Sequence record: SRR31156797_3634
Direction: 5' to 3' (one strand)
DNA: 39,335 nucleotides
The first letter of the stretch is position 1, and each line of letters begins with the position of its first letter. A model generated the notes under the pieces. The model searched no databases and was not told the origin of the DNA. It saw only the letters and a list, made by a program, of their open reading frames with translations. Of this stretch, positions 1-9,915 are shown piece by piece. Both the position numbers and the translations under genes were made by a program.

Positions 1-30
1 TGAAAGGATATCCTTTCAGGCTCTTGTTTT
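1..30 (+). terminator. 3' part of a probable intrinsic terminator of an upstream gene outside the window
   Basis: Perfect palindrome tgaaagga-ta-tcctttca (1-18) followed by ggctc and a T-rich tract; the stem probably extends beyond the window edge. Confidence 0.5.
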
Positions 31-90
31 ATAAACACGCAGACTTTTTTAGCAAGGTTTCACCCCTAACAGGTCAACTATTCCTTCTAG

Positions 91-119
91 TTGCCATAAT
101 TGTCCTGACACCATATATT
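91..119 (+). promoter_or_regulatory. Putative sigma70 promoter of the Ntn-hydrolase gene
   Basis: TTGCCA-17 bp-TATATT upstream of the AAGGAG RBS and ATG 152. Confidence 0.4.
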
Positions 120-151
120 TCCGACAAATCAAATCAGAGAAGGAGTCATCC

Positions 152-1195
152 ATGTTTCGAAAAACGCACATATTCGCGCTTATAATTCTCACTCTTTTGC
201 TTCAGACGTCACCTGCCGTTTCCTGCACACGCTTCATCTATACGGCAGGCGACAATCAGGTCTTAACAGGCCGCTCCATGGACTGGCTGGAGGATCTGCA
301 CACTGATTTATGGGCGTTTTCTCGCGGCATGGAACGCGACGGTGGCGTGGGCAAAGACTCCATCAAATGGACAGCGAAATACGGCAGTGTCATTGCCTCC
401 GGGTACGACGCAGCCTCGGCAGACGGCATGAATGAAAAAGGTCTGGTCGCCAACCTGCTTTATCTTGCTGAATCCGAATACGGTTCACTCAACAATAAAC
501 CAGGATTGTCAGTGGCCGCATGGGTGCAATACGTGCTTGATAATTACGCCACGGTCAGCGAAGCCGTGGACTCACTGCGCAAAGAACCATTTCGCATCGT
601 AGCTGCCAAGCTCCCCAACGGCTCTGCTCCGACCCTGCATCTGGCCATTTCCGACCCGACTGGCGATTCCGCCATTTTCGAATATATCAAGGGTAGACTA
701 ACCATTCATCACGGCAAACAGTTCAAGGTCATGACCAACTCTCCAATATATGACAGACAACTTGCACTGGATGATTATTGGCAGGAAATAGGTGGCCTGA
801 CCATGCTCCCCGGCACCAACAGGGCCAGTGATCGATACGTCCGCGCCAGTTTTTATGTCGACGCCCTGCCCAAGTTCAAAGACAATCGCATGGCCGTATC
901 CGCCGCATTCAGTGTCATCCGAAACGTCTCTGTTCCCATCGGCATCACTACCCCGGATCATCCGAACATTTCCACCACTATCTGGCGTTCTGTCTCAGAC
1001 CAAAAAAATCTTGTTTATTATTATGAGTCTGCCATCTCTCCCAACATATTCTGGATCGACATGAAGAAAATCGATTTCACTTCGTCCCAGAAGCCTCGAA
1101 AAATAAGCCTGCAAAAACACCCGATCTTCGCTGGCGATGTGTCGGGTAAATTTGTTCCGGCAAAGCCTTTCAAGTGGATGGCTCCTGAAAAATAA
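152..1195 (+). CDS. Exported linear amide C-N hydrolase (penicillin V acylase / choloylglycine hydrolase family, Ntn-hydrolase)
   Basis: Signal peptide followed by catalytic N-terminal Cys (CTRF); GRSMDW, DGMNEKGL, MTNSP and LPG..RASDRYVRA motifs; RBS aaggag. Confidence 0.92.
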   Translation: MFRKTHIFALIILTLLLQTSPAVSCTRFIYTAGDNQVLTGRSMDWLEDLHTDLWAFSRGMERDGGVGKDSIKWTAKYGSVIASGYDAASADGMNEKGLVANLLYLAESEYGSLNNKPGLSVAAWVQYVLDNYATVSEAVDSLRKEPFRIVAAKLPNGSAPTLHLAISDPTGDSAIFEYIKGRLTIHHGKQFKVMTNSPIYDRQLALDDYWQEIGGLTMLPGTNRASDRYVRASFYVDALPKFKDNRMAVSAAFSVIRNVSVPIGITTPDHPNISTTIWRSVSDQKNLVYYYESAISPNIFWIDMKKIDFTSSQKPRKISLQKHPIFAGDVSGKFVPAKPFKWMAPEK

Positions 1196-1215
1196 ACGAT
1201 TCAATTCCAATGAGG

Positions 1216-1254
1216 AGGCCCGAAAGAACACTGTTCTTTCGGGCCTTTTCTTTT
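1216..1254. terminator. Intrinsic terminator between convergent genes
   Basis: Inverted repeat aggcccgaaagaaca / tgttctttcgggcct followed by tttctttt. Confidence 0.85.
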
Positions 1255-1281
1255 ATTCATGTTCAACTTGAACTATTCAAT

Positions 1282-2889
1282 TTAATCCAAAGGAGGCATC
1301 TTCACCTTCTTTTGTTTCATCAATTTTTTTGCCTGCTCCATGGTCCTAAATCGAGAAATTGACAAGGGACCACCATAAGACTCACTCTGAACGGGTCGAG
1401 GAGGATATTTGATAAAGCTGGCCATCACTTTTTCAAGTTCACTGCTCATGATGGGTGCGGCCCACGTTGTCTCAGTCTGAGAATTCATGAAGATATCAAC
1501 TCGTTCCTGAGGGTCCATCATCAAATCGTAGACCTGCGGTACTGTTGCCACATATTTTTCTGCACCGACCCATCCAAGTTGTGGAGCAGAATGTGGCGCA
1601 CCTGGCATTGCACCATTATCACCACGCATATTAAAGACAAACTTTAGCCGTCCAACCCGAATAGCCCCTGGAGACAGTTCTCGTTCAGTAAAATAAAACC
1701 AGGAATCCCGTTCGGATTTTCCCGATCCAAACAAAATTGGAGACATGTCATAACTATCGAAAATAATGGGCTTACCTTCCCGATCCTTTGTAGGCAGTGA
1801 GATTTCAGCCAATTTGGCAAATGTAGCCATAAAATCCAAACCTCCGACGATATCATGCGACTCGCTTCCAGCTTTGATTTTTTTAGGCCACCACGCTATT
1901 GCGGGGACTCTGCTTCCGGCTTCTCGATCCGTACCTTTTGTGCCACGGAAGGGAGTATAACCGGCATCAGGAAGTACATCCTGCCATGCGCCATTATCCA
2001 CAGTATAAAAGACTATTGTATTTTCTTGAATACCCAAATCTTTAACTTTTTTCAGAATTTGACCGATATGGTGATCCAACTCCACCACGCTATCAGCATA
2101 ATCCCACTTACCTGGAGATTTCCCCTTAAACTGCTTGGAAGGTAAATTGGGCTGATGATTCTTACCAAAATTAACATTCATAAAGAAAGGAGCATCACCC
2201 TTTGCATATTTTTCCAAAGACTTAAGGACAGTCTTAGTCATTTCAACATCAAGTTCGGCAATATTTTCATCAGTAATCTTCGCATACTCACGAGCAGGCT
2301 TACCGGCCTCGCCTTCAAGCAAACCGGTTGTGTTCTTCTTAAAAAACTCTCTCAACTTCGGGTCCATGGTTTTATGCCAACTGTCCATTGCATATGTATA
2401 CGCGTTGAGATGATACAAAAAAGTATTCTTCATCTCATCATATCCATGGGCGATAGGGAGAGCATAATCAGATTCACCAAGATGCCATTTCCCGGCAAAA
2501 AAGGTTTTATATCCGGCTTTCTTAAGCACTGACGCTAAAGTCCATTCAGCCTTGGGAAGTCCTCCGCCTTGCCCCTGAAACGCAACAGTTGTCATTCCAC
2601 TCCTGTTGGGGAAGCGGCCAGTCTGCATAGCGGCACGCCCGGGCGTACAGCTCGGTTGGCCGTAAAAAGACCAAAATTGCATACCCTCGTTAGCCATCGT
2701 ATCAAGATTTGGTGTCGGCATTCCGCGCCCCACACCTCCACCGTAAACGCCAAAATCTCCCCACCCTGTATCATCAGATACGAGAAGAATTATATTTGGT
2801 TTTTGAGCGGCGCCAGCCATTGGACTGCCTCCGAAGAGGAAAAAAAAGGACGCAAATAAAAAAACAATAAGAAAACAGACTCTTTTCAT
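1282..2889 (-). CDS. Exported Cys-type arylsulfatase
   Basis: KPNIILLVSDD, SCTPGRAA (CxPxR formylglycine motif), GKWHLG and DNG motifs; signal peptide; start moved to ATG 2889 on the GGAGG RBS. Confidence 0.92.
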   Translation of the reverse strand: MKRVCFLIVFLFASFFFLFGGSPMAGAAQKPNIILLVSDDTGWGDFGVYGGGVGRGMPTPNLDTMANEGMQFWSFYGQPSCTPGRAAMQTGRFPNRSGMTTVAFQGQGGGLPKAEWTLASVLKKAGYKTFFAGKWHLGESDYALPIAHGYDEMKNTFLYHLNAYTYAMDSWHKTMDPKLREFFKKNTTGLLEGEAGKPAREYAKITDENIAELDVEMTKTVLKSLEKYAKGDAPFFMNVNFGKNHQPNLPSKQFKGKSPGKWDYADSVVELDHHIGQILKKVKDLGIQENTIVFYTVDNGAWQDVLPDAGYTPFRGTKGTDREAGSRVPAIAWWPKKIKAGSESHDIVGGLDFMATFAKLAEISLPTKDREGKPIIFDSYDMSPILFGSGKSERDSWFYFTERELSPGAIRVGRLKFVFNMRGDNGAMPGAPHSAPQLGWVGAEKYVATVPQVYDLMMDPQERVDIFMNSQTETTWAAPIMSSELEKVMASFIKYPPRPVQSESYGGPLSISRFRTMEQAKKLMKQKKVKMPPLD

Positions 2890-2964
2890 GCCACAAACCT
2901 CCGTTTTATCAAATTGACATCCCAAAAACATCCATCTTGATCAGCCAGACACACTGACAAAATC

Positions 2965-3831
2965 TTATTCCAAAAATTGCATGTTCAAGCCAAAAAATAC
3001 CTGCCATTTTTCTTGATGGTCCCCACGCCTTGCGGCCGATATTTGAGGTTCCACAAAAAAGTTATAGACGACAGACCCTTTCTTGATAACCTGCCCGATT
3101 CCTATGCCCACCGGGATATTGTAATCTCCGCTTTGCAAATTATAATCGAAGATAGGTGCAGCCCGTAAATATGTTCCACCTCCCAACTGATAAAAACCGA
3201 AAGGCTGAAAGGCTGCCATATTCACATCAGCTTGATCCTCTTTACCCGCAAAACTATGTTGCCAGCTCAATAAATAGCCATACTGAACCGTATGTGACTC
3301 TGCATTAAACAAGACATTGACCAACCCGGCAGACCATTTTTCACTTCCAAGTTGACTTTTGGAAGCGGTCGGCAAAGTGATTTGAGGCCCAATACCAAAA
3401 CTGATTGCAGGGTCGCCGGTATCCAAGAGATAGGCTGCAAACATATTCAAATCACCCACCCCGGTTTCATTACTAAGACTAGATGACGTTGGCATGGAGT
3501 TAACGGGCAACGAAGCTCTCAAAATCCATGGAGTCTTCGCAACTGAAAAAGGCTTGGCATACCGCAACCAAAACTGATTGGCGAAATCATCTGAGTTGGA
3601 AATATCGCCTATGTAATAATTTTGAATATTAAAAGCAGTCATCTTGGCCAAAGGATTATTGGCCTGTGCAGTAGCAGCAGCTTTCTCTTTTGTATCGCTA
3701 ACAACGGTTCCGGCAGGCTGTTGCTCGTTGGCATGGACAAAAGGAACAACCAAGAAAGAAACAAACAACACAAATGACACCAAATTAACTGCTGATGCTT
3801 TGCATTGAGAAAACCGTAGGTTCACAATCAT
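2965..3831 (-). CDS. Putative outer-membrane beta-barrel protein, sulfatase-associated
   Basis: Signal peptide, ANNPLA segment, alternating amphipathic strands, C-terminal aromatic strand (FFGLNMQF); GGAGG RBS; directly upstream of the sulfatase in the same orientation. Confidence 0.6.
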   Translation of the reverse strand: MIVNLRFSQCKASAVNLVSFVLFVSFLVVPFVHANEQQPAGTVVSDTKEKAAATAQANNPLAKMTAFNIQNYYIGDISNSDDFANQFWLRYAKPFSVAKTPWILRASLPVNSMPTSSSLSNETGVGDLNMFAAYLLDTGDPAISFGIGPQITLPTASKSQLGSEKWSAGLVNVLFNAESHTVQYGYLLSWQHSFAGKEDQADVNMAAFQPFGFYQLGGGTYLRAAPIFDYNLQSGDYNIPVGIGIGQVIKKGSVVYNFFVEPQISAARRGDHQEKWQVFFGLNMQFLE

Positions 3832-4042
3832 GTTGCCTCCACAAAAAGAATATTGATAAAAATTATTACATAAAAAAAAGAATTAAATATAGCCTTATTC
3901 TTTTTTTATAACCTCACCCCAAATATCAAAATCAAAAAGCATCAGCTTTTTAAGTCCATTGGGCTAAATTTCAGCTAAGGGAAAAAGATTTGCCGCCCAC
4001 CCAGAGAGCGGATACAAACGACCGAGCATCAGGAGATTTATC

Positions 4043-4612
4043 GTGTTGATTATTCTCGTCACGGAGATTTGGGGACACACTCCACATGTCGATTTAATGG
4101 CCGAGCCCCTTGGTCGTATCTCGAATGTGGTCGAAGTCGTTGATCCCTATGACGGAACCGACCAACAATTCGCCAACGAAGAGGAAGCATACTCCTCTTT
4201 CATCACACGATGTGGGCATGACGAATATGCCCGACGAGTATCGCACGCAGTTTCAAGAGCCACAGAACCAGTGTTTCTTGTGGGCTTCAGTGCCGGAGCC
4301 GGAGCGGCATGGACTACGGCCTGCGAAGAAGCAACACAAAACGTACAAAGCGTCCTTTGCTTCTACGGGTCATCAATTCGCACCATGCTTGACGCGGTCC
4401 CCTCCGTGCCTGTCGAAATAATTTCCCCCGAGCATGAACCCCATTTCGACGTACAAAACATGCTTCACACGCTACGCGATAAACCAATGACGCAGTGCCA
4501 CACCGTTCCTTATAGTCATGGTTTCATGAATCCATTGTCCGCCAATTATAATCATGAGGGTTATGCGGTCTGGTTAAAATGGATCCAAAACCATTTAATC
4601 TCATTACGTTAA
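4043..4612 (+). CDS. Dienelactone hydrolase family alpha/beta hydrolase
   Basis: GFSAG nucleophile elbow, CFYGS and C-terminal HGF motifs; AGGAG RBS and GTG start. Confidence 0.8.
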   Translation: MLIILVTEIWGHTPHVDLMAEPLGRISNVVEVVDPYDGTDQQFANEEEAYSSFITRCGHDEYARRVSHAVSRATEPVFLVGFSAGAGAAWTTACEEATQNVQSVLCFYGSSIRTMLDAVPSVPVEIISPEHEPHFDVQNMLHTLRDKPMTQCHTVPYSHGFMNPLSANYNHEGYAVWLKWIQNHLISLR

Positions 4613-4716
4613 AACCTCAGTCTCACACGAGAAACAGCCCTTGTCGAAGAATAGCGAGCAGTGTACATGAGCTATTGAATACATGATCCCCTGTAACCCA
4701 CGGCTCGGAGGTCTTC

Positions 4717-6360
4717 ATGAGAACTACCTGCTCTCGTCTTCTTCTCGTTCTGCTTATCATCACGGCACTTCCATCGGCATCCTGCTCCGGTGAAAAACAA
4801 GCAGTCCTGCCCTATTCAACCACTCCCAATTTCTCCACTGATCCCTTTTTTCTAGGACAGGAAGGCGGTGACTTCGGGACAGGATTGGCCCTCGCTGATA
4901 TCAATGGCGACGGCTTCAAGGACATGGTGGTTTCAAGCGGCAATGACAAAGCCCTGCAACACGTTACGGTATATTTAAATCGTCAGGACGGGACCTTTCC
5001 CCAAAGTCCGGACTGGATATCAGACGACACCGACCACCACGGAACCCTTGCCGTGGGAGACATTGACGGTGATGGTTTTAACGATGTCGCTGTTTCGGTC
5101 TTTCTCGGAAAAGGGCTGGAGTATGAAAAAGGTGGAATAAAGGTCTATTACAACCAACGCGGAACGTTGAATCATCAGCCTTCATTTACCGACACAGGCT
5201 ACCCATCCTTTGGATGCGCGCTAGGCGATATTGACGGCGATGGCGACCTTGATCTGGCTGTGGCTTGCGGCGAACCGATTCCCGAAGTGGAAAGTTTTGC
5301 GACACAGGAATGCTCAAGAAACGGAAAAGTTCAACACAAGGAAAAACCGAAGAGCAATCGTACAGACAACCCACAGCCCCCATTCAAAGTACAGAATCGT
5401 ATCTACATCAACCAGAACGGCCGATACTCCTCCCAATCCGGCTCCGTCTGGCTGACAGAAGACTCCTTTGTATCCATGGCCGTAACTTTTGGCGATGTGA
5501 ACACGGACGGGCTTATGGACGTTATTTTTGATTCTGCCCCGGTCCGCCTGTACCTTGGTCGACTTGGAACCACCCCGGCCACAACACCGGGATGGACATC
5601 TGAAGACCAGAACTACTACGGAAACGGCATTGATTATGCGCCGTCCATTCACAAAGAGCCGGCTCAGCCTGACACCGTACCCACCATCGCCTCTTCTTCC
5701 AACTGCTACATGGGAAAAGGACGCGGCGGCTTCTCGCTCTATCGATTCCTGTCCCCGTTCGTAATCCAATATGAACCGCGCACCAGTTGGCCCACATGGA
5801 CATCAAAATACGGCGGATGGGGTTCTGCCATTCGCATGGCCGACCTTAATCAGGACGGCAATCTCGATCTCATCACACACCGCTGGAATCCACCGGGGCG
5901 CAACGAGCTGGCAGGCACCCTGCTGATTTATCTTGGCAACGGCTCAACCTATCCCGAAACCTGGGACTGGAATTCGTCCGACCAATACACCTCGATCATC
6001 GAAGCTATCGATCTGGCTGATCTGGATAAAAAAGCCCTCGCACAAGGTATCTACGAAGCCAATGTCGACGACAGCAATTGGGGAGAAGAACAGGACGGCC
6101 AATCCGTCTTTTATGTTGGTCCACAGATCATTGAAGAATTCACCATGGTCAAACGCTGGAGCCAAGCCAGCGGATGGGTACAGCTCCAGGCTGGCAAGGA
6201 TTACACCTTTGTTCCTGGACGAAGCTGGATTTCTTTTACGGATCCCCTGCGAAGAGGAAACAAGGTACAAATTGTCTTTATGACCTCACCAAAACTGGAC
6301 ATTGTTTATACCAACTGGAATTGCGACAAGGGTAATTACATTTATAATTACCAACGGTAA
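4717..6360 (+). CDS. FG-GAP/VCBS-repeat beta-propeller protein, probably exported or a lipoprotein
   Basis: At least five DxxxDGxxD calcium-loop repeats (DINGDGFKD, DIDGDGFND, DIDGDGDLD, DVNTDGLMD, DLNQDGNLD); hydrophobic N-terminus ending in SASC; GGAGG RBS. Confidence 0.82.
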   Translation: MRTTCSRLLLVLLIITALPSASCSGEKQAVLPYSTTPNFSTDPFFLGQEGGDFGTGLALADINGDGFKDMVVSSGNDKALQHVTVYLNRQDGTFPQSPDWISDDTDHHGTLAVGDIDGDGFNDVAVSVFLGKGLEYEKGGIKVYYNQRGTLNHQPSFTDTGYPSFGCALGDIDGDGDLDLAVACGEPIPEVESFATQECSRNGKVQHKEKPKSNRTDNPQPPFKVQNRIYINQNGRYSSQSGSVWLTEDSFVSMAVTFGDVNTDGLMDVIFDSAPVRLYLGRLGTTPATTPGWTSEDQNYYGNGIDYAPSIHKEPAQPDTVPTIASSSNCYMGKGRGGFSLYRFLSPFVIQYEPRTSWPTWTSKYGGWGSAIRMADLNQDGNLDLITHRWNPPGRNELAGTLLIYLGNGSTYPETWDWNSSDQYTSIIEAIDLADLDKKALAQGIYEANVDDSNWGEEQDGQSVFYVGPQIIEEFTMVKRWSQASGWVQLQAGKDYTFVPGRSWISFTDPLRRGNKVQIVFMTSPKLDIVYTNWNCDKGNYIYNYQR

Positions 6361-6365
6361 CAGAA

Positions 6366-6406
6366 AAGAGGGTATCCAATAAAATGGGTACCCTCTTCAT
6401 TTTTTT
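6366..6406. terminator. Probable bidirectional terminator
   Basis: aagagggtatcca / tgggtaccctctt stem with A-rich 5' and T-rich 3' flanks, between convergent genes. Confidence 0.75.
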
Positions 6407-6434
6407 CTCTAAAAAAATAACGAGAATATCGACC

Positions 6435-6914
6435 TTAAATTTCTCTCATATCCCTGTTGGCATATTCAAAGAACTCGCCCTTCTTGATGTCGAATTCATG
6501 ATCAAAAAAAGCCGATGATATAAGAAACTCGGCAGACGAACGATTGCTGGCTGTTGGAATATTGTACAAAACAGCCAATCGAAGCAAAGCTTTCACATCC
6601 ACATCATGCGGTTGAGGCTCCATGGGATCCCAAAAGAAAAAGAGGATATCGACTTTACCGTCAGCAATCAGGGCACCCATCTGTTGATCACCGCCCAATG
6701 GCCCGGATTTCAGTCGAGTGACCTTCTTGAGGTCATGCTTCTCGCCCCCCTTAGAGATCCTTTCCTTGAACATGATTTCCACCATCTTACCGGTCGTCCC
6801 GGTCGCAATCAGATTGTGCTGCATCATCATGTTCCGATTGCAATCGATGAAATCCAAAAGTTCACCTTTGCAATTGTCATGGGCCACTACCGCTATATTT
6901 TTCATTTTATTCAT
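6435..6914 (-). CDS. mgsA: Methylglyoxal synthase
   Basis: IAVVAHD, ATGTTG, SGPLGGDQQ and FFWDP..QPHDVDVKALLR motifs; start at ATG 6914 after GGAG. Confidence 0.95.
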   Translation of the reverse strand: MNKMKNIAVVAHDNCKGELLDFIDCNRNMMMQHNLIATGTTGKMVEIMFKERISKGGEKHDLKKVTRLKSGPLGGDQQMGALIADGKVDILFFFWDPMEPQPHDVDVKALLRLAVLYNIPTASNRSSAEFLISSAFFDHEFDIKKGEFFEYANRDMREI

Positions 6915-7131
6915 ATCAACTCCAGAGCGTAGCTCAATGTAATAGTCTCTATTGTCACGCCAGAGCCTAATCTGCACCTTTCATTGAGGCACCTCAAGAA
7001 GCAATTGGGTGCAGTCTCAATAATTTTTATCAGATGCGGGCATTCTCTTTAAAACATCTGGTGGACATATACAGTATCTCGAAATTTCTCATATCTTTTC
7101 CGTGACAATTACTGGTGGATATCCCACTCAC

Positions 7132-7177
7132 AAAAAAACGATGACGCCAGGCGGGGCACGCCTGGCGTCATTCTTTT
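7132..7177 (-). terminator. Intrinsic terminator downstream of the MFS gene (end of catabolic cluster)
   Basis: 13-bp perfect stem atgacgccaggcg / cgcctggcgtcat with an A7 tract (U7 on the minus strand). Confidence 0.8.
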
Positions 7178-7240
7178 CATGCCCACTTTCCGAGGTGATG
7201 GGGGCAGTTACGGAGTGTGAGGCTAGGGGGTGTTTCTATA

Positions 7241-8581
7241 TTAACGAGCGGTCGCTGCAACAGTGCTCGGTTTCTTGTGGGCGAATTTGACGGATGTTTC
7301 CGGGGCCCAGATGTGACAAACGATACCGCCTATAATCAGGGTGGCGATACAGGCGCCAAGAGCTGCGTAGATACCAAAGTGTTCATTGACGATGGGGAGC
7401 AGGAATGCTCCACCACCGGCACCGATACGGCTCACTGCGATGGTCAGGCCAACACCGGATGCTCGCAGTTCCGTGGGGAACAACTCGGGCGGGTAGGCAA
7501 ACTCAAGGACAATGGAGATAGCAAGGACGGTTGAGAAGGCAGCAAGCATAATCAGGGACAGCACGCCGGGCATGTCGGTCCACAAGGTCATAATAGTCAG
7601 GACCGCGCCAGCACCATAGAATGTGAACAACAGGAACGCTCTGCGAGAGATTCTATCGATAAGCCATGTACCAATCAGTACGCCGACGATGGTGAAGACA
7701 TTATACATAACGCCGGATGCATACGGATTCTCAATGTGCATGTTTGAAAGAACCAGCGGCAGGAAGATGCTGATAGCAAAGAACGGCAACACCTGACACA
7801 GGAAGAAGACACAAGAGACAAGCGTATTGTAACGAAGTTCGGGGCTAAACAGACGGAACCAGGAAGCGGAAGGAGCTTCTTTTTCCTCTGCAGGCAGGCC
7901 ATACTGCTTACCAAGATACCTGTGGATATTCTCCAAAGCCTTTGCTGTGCGCCCTTTCTGAACCAACCAGCTGGGAGATTCGGGAACGCCAAAACGAAGC
8001 AGCACAGTAATCGCTGCGGGAATAGCGGAGGTACACAGCACCCAACGCCAGCCGTTATCACCAAGGCCGTCCATGAAGAAACCGACGATGTAAGCGATAA
8101 CGTAACCGACTGTCCAGGAAACGAGCAGCCAAGCAAGAAAGCCCGAACGTTTCTTGGTGGGAGTCCACTCACTCAACAAAGCGATACCAACGGTATAGTC
8201 AGCACCGATACACATGCCAAGTACAAAACGCAGTACAGCCAACACCAGCGGGTCGGAAACGACAAACTGAGCCAGGGACAAAGCCAAAGAGGCAAACATG
8301 ACTGTTGCGAACAACGGTTTTCTGCCAATTCGATCAGCCATAGGGCCAGCAACAAAACTTCCAAGCAGAATACCAAACAGGGACGCGGCTCCAAGGACAC
8401 CGAGCCAAAAACTGGTCAGTCCCAAAGGTCCAGTCGCGTAGCTGAGCGCGATACCAACAATGCCGAGAATATACCCATCGGTAATCTGGCCCATGAATGC
8501 ACCAGCGGCGATTTTGCGATGAATCGGGAAAGATGGAGCATCTTCAAAACTTACACCTTGGTGCTTTTGCGTACCCTTCAT
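7241..8581 (-). CDS. MFS transporter, YgcS/YaaU-like (sugar porter-related)
   Basis: About 12 hydrophobic segments; DGY, ADRIGRK, GADY, PESPxWL, ELFPTELRASG and WAPET motifs; start at ATG 8581 after AAGGTG. Confidence 0.88.
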   Translation of the reverse strand: MKGTQKHQGVSFEDAPSFPIHRKIAAGAFMGQITDGYILGIVGIALSYATGPLGLTSFWLGVLGAASLFGILLGSFVAGPMADRIGRKPLFATVMFASLALSLAQFVVSDPLVLAVLRFVLGMCIGADYTVGIALLSEWTPTKKRSGFLAWLLVSWTVGYVIAYIVGFFMDGLGDNGWRWVLCTSAIPAAITVLLRFGVPESPSWLVQKGRTAKALENIHRYLGKQYGLPAEEKEAPSASWFRLFSPELRYNTLVSCVFFLCQVLPFFAISIFLPLVLSNMHIENPYASGVMYNVFTIVGVLIGTWLIDRISRRAFLLFTFYGAGAVLTIMTLWTDMPGVLSLIMLAAFSTVLAISIVLEFAYPPELFPTELRASGVGLTIAVSRIGAGGGAFLLPIVNEHFGIYAALGACIATLIIGGIVCHIWAPETSVKFAHKKPSTVAATAR

Positions 8582-8834
8582 AATTGTCACCTTTTGTAAA
8601 ATTGTCCTGATTACAAATTATTTTTCAAGTCCACCAAAGATTTTCTTAATGAAAACGGCTTTTCTTCTTTGGTGATCGGCATGCGCAACATCCTTTTTTC
8701 AACAACAGTAAAAGCACTGTTATGCATGCAACCGAATAGTCGTGTTAAAATCTGTATTGCCCTCCCCCTTCGTCACTCAAGATAAAATACACTGTATGTT
8801 TTCATCCTTTGCCATCCTATGGACTGCGAAATAC

Positions 8835-9401
8835 CTAACGGTTGTCTTTCCACCGCGCGCAAAGCGAATTATCAATGCGCAGTTGATCGAGAAGACGACC
8901 GGAAAAATGCTGCAACATATCATCAATGGTCGTTTTGGAATCGTAATATGCAGGGCAGAACGGGGCGATAACAGCACCAGCCTCTGTCAAAGTCTGCATG
9001 TTGCGAAGATGAATCATTGTCAGGGGAGTCTCTCTGGGGACAACTATCAACGGTTTGCGTTCCTTCAACGTCACATCAGCCGCACGGTGAATAAGATTCA
9101 TTCCGGCACCGCTGGCGATGGAAGCCAGGGAACTCATGGAACACGGGCAAATAATCATGCCGTCATGCTGCCACGACCCGCTGGACGGACCAGCCATCAT
9201 ATCCTTGATGTCGTAAACCGTGTGTGCATGCTTTTTGAGCGACAAATCACTGCCGCGAAATTCTGATTGCATGACCACCTCAGCACCCGCCGACACGATA
9301 AGATGAACTTCCAGATCCTTGATTCCCGCATAATGACGCAGGAGTTTTTCAGCCAGAGGCATACCGCTTGCCCCAGTCACACCAACAACAATACGATGCA
9401 T
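8835..9401 (-). CDS. ubiX: Flavin prenyltransferase UbiX/Pad1
   Basis: VGVTGASG, SSGS, PCSM, RAADVTLKERKPL and RETP motifs; GGGAG RBS. Confidence 0.93.
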   Translation of the reverse strand: MHRIVVGVTGASGMPLAEKLLRHYAGIKDLEVHLIVSAGAEVVMQSEFRGSDLSLKKHAHTVYDIKDMMAGPSSGSWQHDGMIICPCSMSSLASIASGAGMNLIHRAADVTLKERKPLIVVPRETPLTMIHLRNMQTLTEAGAVIAPFCPAYYDSKTTIDDMLQHFSGRLLDQLRIDNSLCARWKDNR

Positions 9402-9537
9402 AAACACTCCCCTTTCAATTTCGGAATCCTGCCCCGGATTCCGTAAAACTCAACAAATCCTGCCCTCAACACACCTTCCGCCGTGCAGAGCAAGGGGCCA
9501 ACAACGTCAGCCCCTCACCCGCAAACGTATTTTTGAT

Positions 9538-9915
9538 TTATTCAACCACGCAAATTGCATCCATTTCGATCAGGCAGCCGCCAGCAATATTGCTGACTTC
9601 TACGCAGACACGAGCCGGACGATGGTCGCCCATGAAATTGGCGTACACTTCATTAAACGCCTCGAAGTCATCCCAATTTTCGATAAAAACAGTGGTTTTC
9701 GCGATATCGGTGATCTTCAAGCCAGCCTCTTCGAGTACGGCGTTCAGGTTGGCAAGCGTCTGTGCGGCCTGCTCGGCCATGTTTGATCCGACAATAGTTC
9801 CACCAACGGGATGAAACGGAACCTGACCGGAAAAGTAGTAGGTATTTCCGGCTTTCACGGCATGTGAATACGGGCCTACTGAGGCACAGGCTTTAGAAGC
9901 ATGAATAAATTCCAT
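9538..9915 (-). CDS. RidA/YjgF family imine/enamine deaminase
   Basis: GPYS, SGQVP, NEVY and RPAR (catalytic Arg) motifs with C-terminal IE; AAGGAG RBS, start at ATG 9915. Confidence 0.9.
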   Translation of the reverse strand: MEFIHASKACASVGPYSHAVKAGNTYYFSGQVPFHPVGGTIVGSNMAEQAAQTLANLNAVLEEAGLKITDIAKTTVFIENWDDFEAFNEVYANFMGDHRPARVCVEVSNIAGGCLIEMDAICVVE

